A DNA stretch of 64,000 bases from Clostridia bacterium (lineage in GTDB: Bacteria > Bacillota > Clostridia > TANB77 > CAG-508). This document shows, piece by piece, positions 42,946-52,757 of the stretch. How positions within the stretch are numbered: position 1 is the stretch's first letter; every line of letters begins with the position of its first letter. Location of the stretch: positions 24,021 to 88,020 of the forward strand of contig JBKUYM010000005.1 in NCBI GenBank assembly GCA_046964515.1, written 5' to 3'. The position numbers and the translations under genes were made by a program. Below the pieces are notes generated by a model. That model made no database searches and was not told the DNA's origin. It saw only the letters and a list, made by a program, of their open reading frames with translations.

Positions 42946-42997
42946 GATATTTATAGGAATGATTTACCCCGTAGGCAACGCCCACGGGGTATGTACC

Positions 42998-44008
42998 CTA
43001 AAAGAAAAAGTCTGCATCTCCATTTTTCTTCCAATACATAAATGTTTTTCCATCTCCATAGCCACTATATCTAAAGCTTTCAATCTCCTGTAAACATTCC
43101 TTTAGAGTTTTTTTGTCCCCTATTTTTAATGTATCTGGAAGAATTATGTCAATATTGATTTCATAATCCTTTGTTTTAGCATCTATATAAGAACCTCCAA
43201 ATATGTCCTCATCTATTTGACATATACCTTCTATTTCCTTAAAGTTCATTTCTTTTATTTTAGGTTCCTGCTCCACATAATAAGCATACTGGTAAGGAAT
43301 GGTATCTTCTACTATATACATGTAGAGTTCTCCTTCCTTTTCTATGATGGGATAAATAACTTCATCTTTCACAGTAATACTATATCCATTTATTAATTTT
43401 CCCTCTGTTACTTTTATTTTGTTCCAATCTTCTTTACATTTTATGATATAGTATAAAGACCCTTCATCATAATACCAGTGGTCATTAATAGGCTCATTTG
43501 AACAAACGTATTTTTTATTGCTCCATCCATCCATTCGTTCTGTTCTAGTATGATATTCTATTCTGCTTATACTCGTAGTTTCTCCCCAGAATTCAGCATC
43601 TACTAAAACTAGGTTATTTCCTTTTGATCTATAATAGACACTTGAAGAACTATCATATAATTTCGATTCTATGCAGACAGGTTCACTTATCATAATATCT
43701 CCACTTTCATTTACATACGTAAACTCTTCTACACCACTTCTTTCTATTTCCTCTTGTATAAAATTATTGATTTTTTGTTTAAGTTCCTGATTTTGTCTAT
43801 CCCTTTCAAATATTTCAAAAGACTCTAATTTCTCCCAATCTGGTTCTTCTGGTAATTCCTGTAACCTTTCTGTGGGAAATTTTAAATACGTGATTCCACC
43901 TTCTGTCCATACCTCTGGAACATAGTTCCATTTCAATATAAGACTGAGCAGAATTTCAAAGAACAACCCTAATAAAAAAAATGTTACTAAAATCCGTCGA
44001 CCTTTCAT
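42998..44008 (-). CDS. Hypothetical secreted or membrane-anchored protein (336 aa).
   Basis: N-terminal signal/TM MKGRRILVTFFLLGLFF. Contains an in-frame CGG (Arg) at codon 5 that is not a frameshift junction. Confidence 0.4.
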   Translation of the reverse strand: MKGRRILVTFFLLGLFFEILLSLILKWNYVPEVWTEGGITYLKFPTERLQELPEEPDWEKLESFEIFERDRQNQELKQKINNFIQEEIERSGVEEFTYVNESGDIMISEPVCIESKLYDSSSSVYYRSKGNNLVLVDAEFWGETTSISRIEYHTRTERMDGWSNKKYVCSNEPINDHWYYDEGSLYYIIKCKEDWNKIKVTEGKLINGYSITVKDEVIYPIIEKEGELYMYIVEDTIPYQYAYYVEQEPKIKEMNFKEIEGICQIDEDIFGGSYIDAKTKDYEINIDIILPDTLKIGDKKTLKECLQEIESFRYSGYGDGKTFMYWKKNGDADFFF

Positions 44009-44219
44009 TGTTGATTTCCTCCTTCATTTGTTGTTTGGTACAAATTTTCAATCCTCCTTATAATTATTATTGAGTTACTCATTATAAAAACAGTATTTAT
44101 TATATATTTTTATGTTAATAATGTCAATATGTGCCTTTTAGACTGGGATTATCTGCAATTATTTTATGAAATAATTATTAATAAATGTAAAGAAAAAGGT
44201 AAGATTTATTTCTTACCTT

Positions 44220-44907
44220 TTACCATCTAAAGTGTCCTGAAATAGGATCTATGCTATTCCATCTTTCTAATGCGTCTTCTTCTCTATTTGGTTGTGCAGC
44301 ATTATGAATTAAATAAGGAATCCCTTTTTCATTTCGTTTATCTGAAATAATACCAACATGAGATTTTCCAAATGTAACAATATCTCCTGGTTGCCATTGT
44401 TCTATTTTTTCTAAATCTGTTGTTAATGTTTTTGCATTTCTAGAAAAAAATACTCTTAAATTGTCTACTCTTCTAAAATCAATATTAGGATCTGCTTTTC
44501 CTTCTGTTCTGGGATAAGCTTCTATATGTTCTTTAATATCTGCATCTACCATATCTTTTAAGTTATATCCCGCATGTTTAAAAGCTCTCCATATAACATC
44601 TGTACATACACCTTCTCCTTCTGGTGGATACCCCCCTGCATAATAAGCATTTTTGTAAACTGGTTTATTTTGTGCTTCTTCTTTAGCACCCAATAAAATA
44701 TCTGTATAATCGTCTATTCCATTTTGATTTTTATCTTGATCACTTATCATAACTTCTATTCCGAAAATCTTTTGCTTCATAAACCGTCTTAAAAACAGTT
44801 TGCATTTGTGGAAAACAAATGACACTCATTATCCCTATTACTAAAATAATTGCACTAATTATCATAGATATGAAAATAACCTGATTCGTTTTTCTTTTTT
44901 TCTTCAT
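44220..44907 (-). CDS. DUF1287-family protein with an N-terminal TM anchor, interrupted by a +1 frameshift near 44763.
   Basis: ATG 44905-44907 (RBS AAGGGGG) opens MKKKRKTNQVIFISMIISAIILVIGIMS...VYEAKDF then CGG. Deleting one C of TTT CGG AAT gives ...AKDFGIEVMISDQDKNQNGIDDYTD..., continuous with the ORF-track ORF 44220..44825. Confidence 0.6.
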
Positions 44908-44933
44908 AAAAGCCCCCTTAAAAGGTGATTTTT

Positions 44934-45635
44934 CTAATTAATTTCTTCTTTCATTATAGCTTCTTTATCTTGCTGTGTCAAATAACCATATTTTATCATT
45001 TTATTGATAACTTGTTCTTGTCTTTGCTTCGCTAGATCTGGATTTTTAGTAGGTGCATATACAGAAGGTGCATTGGGAATACCTGCTAATAAAATACATT
45101 GTGCATCTGTCATTTGATTTGGTTCTTTATGAAAATAACCTCTAGAAGCTTCTTTTATGGTGTAATAGCCATCTCCATAATAACTAGTATTTAAATAAAG
45201 TTCTAAAATTTCCTCTTTTTCATATTGTTTTTCTATTTCAAAAGCCATAAACATTTCAGCCACTTTTCTGGTGAATTTCTTTTCTTGCGTAAAATACATA
45301 TTCTTTGCTAATTGTTGAGTAATGGTACTACCTCCTTCTACTAATTTCATAGCTTTTATATCATTAAATATGGCTCTCCCTATAGCAATCATATCGATGC
45401 CATTATGATCATAGAATCTATGGTCTTCTACAGATATGACTGCTTTTAAATAGATAGGTGGTATTTCCTTTAATGATGTATAATTTTCCTTTGTTTTTAT
45501 TTCATAAACTCTATCCACTATGCTTTTTTCTTCTAACGCCTTTTGATACATTTCATGTCCACTGCCAATAATATATAAACCAATACTCATTACCATTAAT
45601 ATAATTACGATTGCTATTCTTTTTACTATCTTCAT
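44934..45635 (-). CDS. Monofunctional biosynthetic peptidoglycan transglycosylase (GT51, MtgA-like), paralog 1.
   Basis: N-terminal TM. GT51 motifs EDHRFYDHNGID, GGSTITQQLAKN, RKxxE. Confidence 0.8.
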   Translation of the reverse strand: MKIVKRIAIVIILMVMSIGLYIIGSGHEMYQKALEEKSIVDRVYEIKTKENYTSLKEIPPIYLKAVISVEDHRFYDHNGIDMIAIGRAIFNDIKAMKLVEGGSTITQQLAKNMYFTQEKKFTRKVAEMFMAFEIEKQYEKEEILELYLNTSYYGDGYYTIKEASRGYFHKEPNQMTDAQCILLAGIPNAPSVYAPTKNPDLAKQRQEQVINKMIKYGYLTQQDKEAIMKEEIN

Positions 45636-45697
45636 TTTTAATTACACCTCTTTTTCCTTTTAGAAAGAAAGTGGCTTTTTAAGCCACTTCTTTTTGT

Positions 45698-47761
45698 TTA
45701 ATCCTCTTTTATAATATTCTTACTTCCAAAATAAGTTGCTAAGAAATAAGCCCCATAGATAAGGATAATAAAAATAGCTGTTGCAATAATCGAAGAAATT
45801 AAATCTTGCTTTCCAAAGGTTGCTAAAATAATGTGCGCTACTTTTAATCCAAAAATAGAATGAATAATGGCTAATAGTAAAGGTATCATAAAGAATATAC
45901 CGATTTGCTTAAATAAAGCTCTATTTATCATTTTTTCATCTGCACCAATTTTCCTTAAAATACGAAATCTTTCTTGATTATCAGAAGTATCTGATAATTC
46001 TTTTAATGCTAAAATGGCAGCACTTGAAATTAAAAATACAATTCCTAAATATAATCCAATAAAAGTTGCTGTTGCGCCAATTCCCTTACTTGATTCGTAT
46101 AAAGTAATTTTTGTCATAGCACTCATATCCTTAAAAGAACTTGTATTAACGGTTTGATCTTCATCTCCTAAAGCTAATATTTTATTTTCTACTGCTTGTT
46201 TTTCTTCTTCCGTTACAGCATTATATTTGGCATGTAGGTAATCCATAGCTCTCCAATCTTGGTTTACCGCTTCATCTGGTAGAATAACCATACCCGTTTC
46301 CATAGCCTGTGAAGAAATACAATTAAATCCTTCTATATGTTCTTTTACATTTGGATAATACGTTTTTCCATCTATTGTAATCGTATTATTGACTTTTAAA
46401 GCTCTATCTAATAAAGATATCATGTCTTCATAATTACCTACAATAGCATATTGATTTCCTTCTAATGTAATTAGTTCATTTCCAAATAATTTAGCAACTT
46501 TATTATAATCCGAAACACGCATAATTGGATATACACTAGTTATTCTCAATTGTGGAAATAATGTTTTTACCTCTGAAACCGTGTCTCCTAGTAAAGTACT
46601 TAAAGTTACTTGTTCTGTTGTATATTGTTTTACTTCGATATATTCACTAAAATTAGTTTGGTAATCAAACTTTAATTCTTGTAAAACTTGTGTAATCGTT
46701 TTATTACGTTTTTGTTTTTCTTCTTCTGTATATCCTTTTTCATTTTCTGGTAAATGACCTGACTTTATAATCGTAATATCTACTGGTGTATATGTCGTTA
46801 ATTGGTCTGTTAAACTATTATTTAAGGATATCGCTGATGAGAAAATACAAATTGTTAAAAATAATAATATACAAATAATACTCATAGATATAGTTGTTGT
46901 ATTAATCTTACTATCTATTTGTCTCATTACAAACATATTTAAGTCTTTCTCGTACCATTTTTTTCTGCCTTGCACTAATTTTAAAGCAAATCCAGAAAGA
47001 GAATAGAAGAATAAGAAAGTACCAACACAGCCTAAAATAATAGCTTTTAGTATACCTTGCATCTGTGTAGAATATATTTCCGTTAATGCTAAATGGTAAG
47101 CATAACCCAGTACAGCTATGGATACTAAAAATAAAATCACTGATAAAATAGAACTTCTAATTTTTACTTTTTCATTTTTCTTACTAGCTGTTAATAAATC
47201 TATTAATTTATATCTTGAAATGGCAAACATATTTAATACAATAACCACTAAGTAAATAACAGCAAAATAAATAACGGTTTTTAGCATAGCTGCTTGAGAA
47301 AATATAAATTGATACTTGCTCATATCTGCTTCAAATAATTTAGCAACTAAAGCAGACATTAATTGAGAAGCAAAGACACCTATTACTAATCCTACTGCTA
47401 ATGAAAAAATACCTACTAATATGGTTTCTATCAATAGTATTTTAGAAATTTGCCCTTTTCCCATTCCTAAAGTCATATATAGTCCAAATTCTTTTTTTCT
47501 TCTTTTAATTAAGAAATTATTAGCATATACAATTAGAAATCCTAACACTAATGAGACAAAAATAGAAACCATACCTAGCATTTGTATCATTAATTGCATA
47601 ATTTGTCTTTTGGATTCTGACATTTCTATCATAGCTTGTTGTGCATCCATAGAATTAAAAATATAAAATATAGCAACCCCTAGCACTAATGTAATAAAGT
47701 AAATAACATAATCTTTCATATTTTTTTTCATACTTCTTAAGGCTAATTTAAATGACATCAT
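45698..47761 (-). CDS. ABC transporter permease, FtsX-like with 10 TM helices (BceB/VraG/YxdM type).
   Basis: 687 aa, two FtsX-like 4-TM modules separated by a large extracellular loop. Overlaps the upstream ATPase gene by 14 nt. Confidence 0.8.
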   Translation of the reverse strand: MMSFKLALRSMKKNMKDYVIYFITLVLGVAIFYIFNSMDAQQAMIEMSESKRQIMQLMIQMLGMVSIFVSLVLGFLIVYANNFLIKRRKKEFGLYMTLGMGKGQISKILLIETILVGIFSLAVGLVIGVFASQLMSALVAKLFEADMSKYQFIFSQAAMLKTVIYFAVIYLVVIVLNMFAISRYKLIDLLTASKKNEKVKIRSSILSVILFLVSIAVLGYAYHLALTEIYSTQMQGILKAIILGCVGTFLFFYSLSGFALKLVQGRKKWYEKDLNMFVMRQIDSKINTTTISMSIICILLFLTICIFSSAISLNNSLTDQLTTYTPVDITIIKSGHLPENEKGYTEEEKQKRNKTITQVLQELKFDYQTNFSEYIEVKQYTTEQVTLSTLLGDTVSEVKTLFPQLRITSVYPIMRVSDYNKVAKLFGNELITLEGNQYAIVGNYEDMISLLDRALKVNNTITIDGKTYYPNVKEHIEGFNCISSQAMETGMVILPDEAVNQDWRAMDYLHAKYNAVTEEEKQAVENKILALGDEDQTVNTSSFKDMSAMTKITLYESSKGIGATATFIGLYLGIVFLISSAAILALKELSDTSDNQERFRILRKIGADEKMINRALFKQIGIFFMIPLLLAIIHSIFGLKVAHIILATFGKQDLISSIIATAIFIILIYGAYFLATYFGSKNIIKED

Positions 47762-48515
47762 TTAAATCACCTCCAAGAAGTGTTACTACATTAATAATTT
47801 CATCAAAAAATTCTTTTCTTGTTTTATTTCCCTTTCGAATCTCATTAAAGATTTTTCCATCTTTTATAAATAGAATTCTTTTACAGTAACTTGCAGTAAA
47901 GGCATCATGTGTTACCATTAATATGGTTGCTTTATTTTCTAGATTTAATTTTTCCATACTTTCTAGTAACATTCTAGCTGCTTTTGAATCTAAAGCACCT
48001 GTTGGTTCATCTGCTAAAATCAATTTTGGATTGGTAATAATCGCTCTTGCAGCAGCAACTCTTTGTTTTTGCCCTCCTGAAATTTGATAGGGGTATTTTT
48101 TTAGAATATCCTCGATTTCTAATTTTTTGGCTACTTGTCCTATTTTCTCATGGATTTGCTTTGTATTTTCTCTTTGAATTGTTAAACTAAGTGCAATATT
48201 TTCATATGCAGTTAATGTATCTAGTAAATTGAAATCTTGAAAAATAAACCCTAATTCTTCTCTTCTAAATTTATTTAAATGATTTCCTCTTAGCCTCGTA
48301 ATGTCTTGTTTGTTAATCATAATATTTCCTGCTGTTACTCTATCAATGGTAGAAATACAATTCAAAAGTGTTGTTTTTCCACTTCCTGACGCCCCCATAA
48401 TCCCAACAAATTCTCCTTCTTCTACCTGAAAGCTAATATTGTCAATCGCTTTTGTCAAATTTGACTTATTTCCATAGTATTTTTCTATATTTTTTACCTC
48501 TAAAACTTGACTCAT
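47748..48515 (-). CDS. ABC transporter ATP-binding protein (BceA type). Start at MSQVLEV.
   Basis: Walker A GASGSGKTT, signature ISGGQKQRVAAARA, Walker B ILADEPTGALD. RBS AAGGAGGGAG upstream of ATG 48513-48515. Confidence 0.85.
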   Translation of the reverse strand: MSQVLEVKNIEKYYGNKSNLTKAIDNISFQVEEGEFVGIMGASGSGKTTLLNCISTIDRVTAGNIMINKQDITRLRGNHLNKFRREELGFIFQDFNLLDTLTAYENIALSLTIQRENTKQIHEKIGQVAKKLEIEDILKKYPYQISGGQKQRVAAARAIITNPKLILADEPTGALDSKAARMLLESMEKLNLENKATILMVTHDAFTASYCKRILFIKDGKIFNEIRKGNKTRKEFFDEIINVVTLLGGDLNDVI

Positions 48516-48646
48516 TTTTATTCTCCCTCCTTGTTTTATACTCTTATTGTAATCTAAATTATTTTTCTTTGCCATCGATTTATCTTTCTTTTTTCTTACA
48601 TTTTTGTAAGATTTCTCTTTTAAAAAAAGTAAGCATTTTATTTTGC

Positions 48647-49660
48647 TTACTCTATCATATAACTATTCATAGGAAAGGTTATGCATACAATTGTTCCTAC
48701 TCCTTCTGTAGCTTGTATTTGTATACCTAATCTTAATTTTTGACAAAGTTTTTTACACAAATATAGTCCTATACCTGTTGATTTTTTATTTGTCTGTCTA
48801 CCATTGGTTCCTGTAAAACCTTTTTCAAACACGCGTGGTAATTCTTCTTCTTTAATTCCCACCCCATTGTCTTTTATATATAATTCTACTTTTTCTTTTT
48901 GTTTTATAGCCCATATTTCAATTTCTTTATTCTCTTTATTTAAATAGCGTATACTATTTTGTATAATTTGATTTAGTATAAACATACACCATTTAGAATC
49001 TGTACGAACTTCTATATCTAAATCATGTAAATTAGCCTTGATTTTTTCTTGTATAAAGGCATTTTTATTTCTTTTAATGACGGTATTCACCACTTGTTTT
49101 AAGGACACTTTTTTAATACAATAATCCTTTTCTACTGTATTACTTCTAGCATAAAATAAAGCCTGCTCTACATAGTTATCTATTTTATCTAATTCTTCTT
49201 CTATACTTTTGGTTACTTCATTTCTATTATTCTCTACAATCATTTTTCCTGTAGCAATAGGTGTTTTTATTTCATGAATCCATGTCTCAATATATTCTTT
49301 GTATTCTTCTTGATTATATTTATAACTGTTAACATGTTCTATCATCGATTTATGCGTTTGCTGTAAAATATCTTTTAGAATTTTTCCTTCTATAAAACTA
49401 GGTTCTTTTAATAATTCCGTAATTAAATATTTCTCTGGCAGTTCTTCTAATAGGTTTTGTATTTTTTTATAAAAGACTTTTCTTTGATAAAATTCTATGA
49501 ATAAGCCAATTGTATATACAATACTTATACTACCTACAATATAAATTAAAACCTGTACTGGTAAATTATAAGGTAATAGAAATATATAAATCGTTATCAT
49601 AGTACTAATTAATAAGATAATCGTTATTATTTTATCCTTTATCCATTCCATAAAATTCAT
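48647..49660 (-). CDS. Sensor histidine kinase (BceS-type, intramembrane-sensing, two TM helices with no extracellular domain).
   Basis: H-box EIKTPIATGK, HATPase N/G boxes (DNGVGI, GTGIGLYL). Confidence 0.8.
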   Translation of the reverse strand: MNFMEWIKDKIITIILLISTMITIYIFLLPYNLPVQVLIYIVGSISIVYTIGLFIEFYQRKVFYKKIQNLLEELPEKYLITELLKEPSFIEGKILKDILQQTHKSMIEHVNSYKYNQEEYKEYIETWIHEIKTPIATGKMIVENNRNEVTKSIEEELDKIDNYVEQALFYARSNTVEKDYCIKKVSLKQVVNTVIKRNKNAFIQEKIKANLHDLDIEVRTDSKWCMFILNQIIQNSIRYLNKENKEIEIWAIKQKEKVELYIKDNGVGIKEEELPRVFEKGFTGTNGRQTNKKSTGIGLYLCKKLCQKLRLGIQIQATEGVGTIVCITFPMNSYMIE

Positions 49661-50349
49661 TATTCTTCCTCTTTTTCTTCTTTTAAAAGATATCCTTGTC
49701 CCCTTCTAGTTTCAATCATTTCTTTTAAATTAATTTCTGCAAGTTTATTTTTTAATCTGGTAATATTAACGGTTAATGTATTATCATCGATAAAACTATC
49801 TGTGTCCCATAAATATTCCATCATTTCTTCTCTTGAAACAATTTCACCTCTTTTTTGTAGTAGAAAATGCATGATTTTTAATTCATTTTTTGTTAACTCA
49901 ATTTTCATCTGTGCTGTTTCTATTCTACTTTTAGATATATTTAGAATAAAATCACCTGCATCTATACGGTTTGTATTATCCTTTGCTCTTCCTACACGTT
50001 TTAAAATAGCAGCTATTTTAGCCAATAAAATTTGAATATGAAATGGTTTTGTTACATAATCATCTGCCCCATAATTCATACTTAATAATTCATCTACTGT
50101 ATTGTCTTTACTAGTTATCATAATGACTGGTACTTCTGAGGTTTTTCTTAATTGTTTTAATAGATATTCTCCATCTGTATTGGGTAATTGAATATCTAGT
50201 AAGACTAAATCTGGTTGTATTTGTATAATAGTTTCTACCACTTGTTTAAATTGTGTAATAACGTCTACTTGATAACCATTATGACTCAAAAAAGCTTCTA
50301 ATTCTTTTCTTAATTTTTCATCATCTTCTACAATGACTATTTTTTGCAT
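49660..50349 (-). CDS. Response regulator, OmpR family (BceR-type). Start at MQKIVIVEDD.
   Basis: Receiver domain with DIQLP phospho-Asp region plus a C-terminal winged-helix. RBS AGAAGGAGGAAG. Confidence 0.85.
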   Translation of the reverse strand: MQKIVIVEDDEKLRKELEAFLSHNGYQVDVITQFKQVVETIIQIQPDLVLLDIQLPNTDGEYLLKQLRKTSEVPVIMITSKDNTVDELLSMNYGADDYVTKPFHIQILLAKIAAILKRVGRAKDNTNRIDAGDFILNISKSRIETAQMKIELTKNELKIMHFLLQKRGEIVSREEMMEYLWDTDSFIDDNTLTVNITRLKNKLAEINLKEMIETRRGQGYLLKEEKEEE

Positions 50350-50494
50350 AAAACTTCCTCCTTCTGCTTTTCTAGTATCAAACAATTATATTTAGAGTAT
50401 ACACTGTTTTTCTATTTGTGTCAAAATAAAAAAAGAAACAGAAATCATCATTTTTTCTGTCTCTTTTTTATTAAACAAATTCAGCCCGTCCCCA

Positions 50495-51667
50495 TTAGTT
50501 TATATAAAAACTAATTCTAAATCCTATGGTGTTGTTAGCTGTTGCTGCATTATAGGCATATCTAGTAGCTGCTAATTGTCCTATGGTTACCATATAAGAT
50601 CCGCCTCTTACGACTCTTACATTGGTTCCTGCTGTTTCTTGTGTCCATTCATATACATTGCCTGCTACATCATATATATTTTTTGCTTTTGTATTTTCGC
50701 TATTACCAGTTAATATTAATCTTGCTTCTCCTTGTTGCTTTATATAGGTATTTCCTTGTATATCTTTGTATTCCAATGTAGCATTTGGATAATTTCCCCA
50801 TGTTAGGCTATCGTTTACATTATAGGTATTACTTGCTAAAAACCTTAACATGGAATCCCATTGTACACCATACATAACCGATGTGGTTATTTCTTCATAT
50901 TGATTTGTTTTTCCAAATTTAATAGCTAATTCTTTTGCTCCTGTAATTTCACGTTTATTAATCGTTGTTTGTTCAAATGGCACATAGTCATATACTTGTA
51001 ATCCTTTTCTTATGGCAATATTATCTGAATTTTTCACTTCTGTTCTAGCATTTTGTGCTTCCGCATCGCCTACTTCAAATCTTCCCACATAGAAGCCACC
51101 ATATTTTCTGACTTTTTGATACATTTGCTTATATTCAGCTTTTTCACTTTCTATTGGCTCTATATAAGTTTTATCTAGTGTCTCCTTTGGTACATTTTTT
51201 TGCCAATCAGTTGTATGAAATAAATCCATATTTTCTACTGGTATCCATACAAATTGGTTTTGTTTTTCATCTTCTATGACTAATCCATTTAAATAGCTAT
51301 TTTGTTCTCCCCATTTTGCTGTTTTATCAATCGTTTCATCTTGTTCTTGATTAACTGCTTTAAATCCTTTTGGAATTACAGGATTATAATAGCATGGAGT
51401 CTTTCCATCTATGGTGGAATTTTCACTTGCAATGGTATTTATATCTATTTGTGGTAATGGGTCTTTAGCAATTTCTATTGTTTCTTCCTGTATTGGCTGT
51501 TCTTGTTCATTTTCTACCACCTTATTTTCCTCTACTGGTTGATTTGTTTCCTCTTTCTTTTTTCCTGTTACTAAGACAATACTAATGATGATAATGGCAA
51601 TTACCACAATTGCAATGATGGCTATTAGCCCAATCCTAGTAATTTGTATCTTTTTGTTTTCTTCCAT
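50495..51667 (-). CDS. Membrane-anchored protein with a C-terminal FGE-sulfatase (formylglycine-generating-enzyme/SUMF1-like) domain. Paralog of 28846..30564.
   Basis: N-terminal TM ITRIGLIAIIAIVVIAIIIISIV. C-terminal GNVYEWTQETAG...RVVRGGSY...NNTIGFRI typical of the FGE-sulfatase domain. Confidence 0.6.
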   Translation of the reverse strand: MEENKKIQITRIGLIAIIAIVVIAIIIISIVLVTGKKKEETNQPVEENKVVENEQEQPIQEETIEIAKDPLPQIDINTIASENSTIDGKTPCYYNPVIPKGFKAVNQEQDETIDKTAKWGEQNSYLNGLVIEDEKQNQFVWIPVENMDLFHTTDWQKNVPKETLDKTYIEPIESEKAEYKQMYQKVRKYGGFYVGRFEVGDAEAQNARTEVKNSDNIAIRKGLQVYDYVPFEQTTINKREITGAKELAIKFGKTNQYEEITTSVMYGVQWDSMLRFLASNTYNVNDSLTWGNYPNATLEYKDIQGNTYIKQQGEARLILTGNSENTKAKNIYDVAGNVYEWTQETAGTNVRVVRGGSYMVTIGQLAATRYAYNAATANNTIGFRISFYIN

Positions 51668-51816
51668 TTTGTTTTCTTCCTTTCTCCTTAGTTTATTTTA
51701 TTATATCGTATGCCTCCTTTTTTTTCAATCACAATATTCATAATTTTTTAAGAAAATAGTTTGTCTTTTTTCATAAGGATGTTGTATAATACAAAATAAG
51801 TAAGGAGGAACTATAT

Positions 51817-52509
51817 ATGAAATATGTAAAAAGAGTGCTCCTTCTTTTATTGGCGGTTTTACTGATTGCTTCTACAGTCATTATCATGAATGGTCATAAA
51901 TTATATAAATCCGCTATAGAGGAAATGAGTTTAGAAGATAAGATAGAAAAGATACAAAGTGATCCGAATTATACCCCCAAGGAATACATTCCTGCTATTT
52001 ATAAAAATGCTGTTATTGCGGTAGAAGATCACCGTTATAAAGAACATGGTGCTATTGATATTATTTCTATTGGTAGAGCTATTTGGTCTAATATTCGTGC
52101 AGGCGAATTGAATGAAGGTGGTAGTACTATTACACAACAAGTTGCTAAAAACCTTTACTTTATTACAGAAGATGATTTTCTCTCTAGAAAAATTGCTGAA
52201 ATTTTTGTAGCTATGGATTTAGAAAAACAATATTCTAAAGAGGATATCTTAGAATTCTATATGAATACTATTTATTTTGGTGAAGGCTATTATGGTATAA
52301 AAGAAGCTGCTAATGGTTACTATCATAAAGAACCAAAAGATTTAAGTTTATATGAAGCAACTATGCTTGCTGGTGTCCCTAACGCTCCTTCTGTATATGC
52401 TCCAACCATTAATCCTGATTTAGCTAAAAGTCGACAAGGAAAAGTGATTCGTTCTATGGTGAAATATGGTTATCTTTCCCAAGAGGAAGCAGATAAAGTT
52501 ATAAAATAA
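51817..52509 (+). CDS. Monofunctional peptidoglycan transglycosylase (GT51), paralog 2.
   Basis: EDHRYKEHGAID, GGSTITQQVAKN. About 55% identical to 44934..45635. Confidence 0.8.
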   Translation: MKYVKRVLLLLLAVLLIASTVIIMNGHKLYKSAIEEMSLEDKIEKIQSDPNYTPKEYIPAIYKNAVIAVEDHRYKEHGAIDIISIGRAIWSNIRAGELNEGGSTITQQVAKNLYFITEDDFLSRKIAEIFVAMDLEKQYSKEDILEFYMNTIYFGEGYYGIKEAANGYYHKEPKDLSLYEATMLAGVPNAPSVYAPTINPDLAKSRQGKVIRSMVKYGYLSQEEADKVIK

Positions 52510-52582
52510 TGATTTCAGATAAAAAAATTCTTACTAGATAGTTTAGTAAGAATTTTTTTATGACTATTTTTATCTTTTTCTC

Positions 52583-52611
52583 TTGACATTTTTCAAAATA
52601 TTTTGTATAAT
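52583..52611 (+). promoter_or_regulatory. Consensus sigma-A promoter of the tRNA operon.
   Basis: TTGACA, 17-nt spacer, TATAAT (ctcTTGACAtttttcaaaatattttgTATAATaaaaat), about 20 nt upstream of the first tRNA. Confidence 0.65.
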
Positions 52612-52630
52612 AAAAATCGCGTTAGGATTT

Positions 52631-52707
52631 GCTCCCTTAGCTCAGTTGGTCAGAGCAACCGGCTCATAACCGGTGGGTCCAAGGTTCAAATCCTTGAGGG
52701 AGCACCA
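52631..52707 (+). tRNA. tRNA with CAU anticodon. Closest resemblance is to Firmicute tRNA-Ile2 (lysidine, LAU); elongator tRNA-Met is not excluded.
   Basis: GCTCCCTTAGCTCAGTTGGTCAGAGCAACCGGCTCATAACCGGTGGGTCCAAGGTTCAAATCCTTGAGGGAGCACCA. Cloverleaf with 7-bp acceptor, CUCAUAA loop, encoded CCA. Confidence 0.85.
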
Positions 52708-52757
52708 TTCTTTATTATAATGGTTTTCCACTAACGTTATATTTTAATTTTATATAT

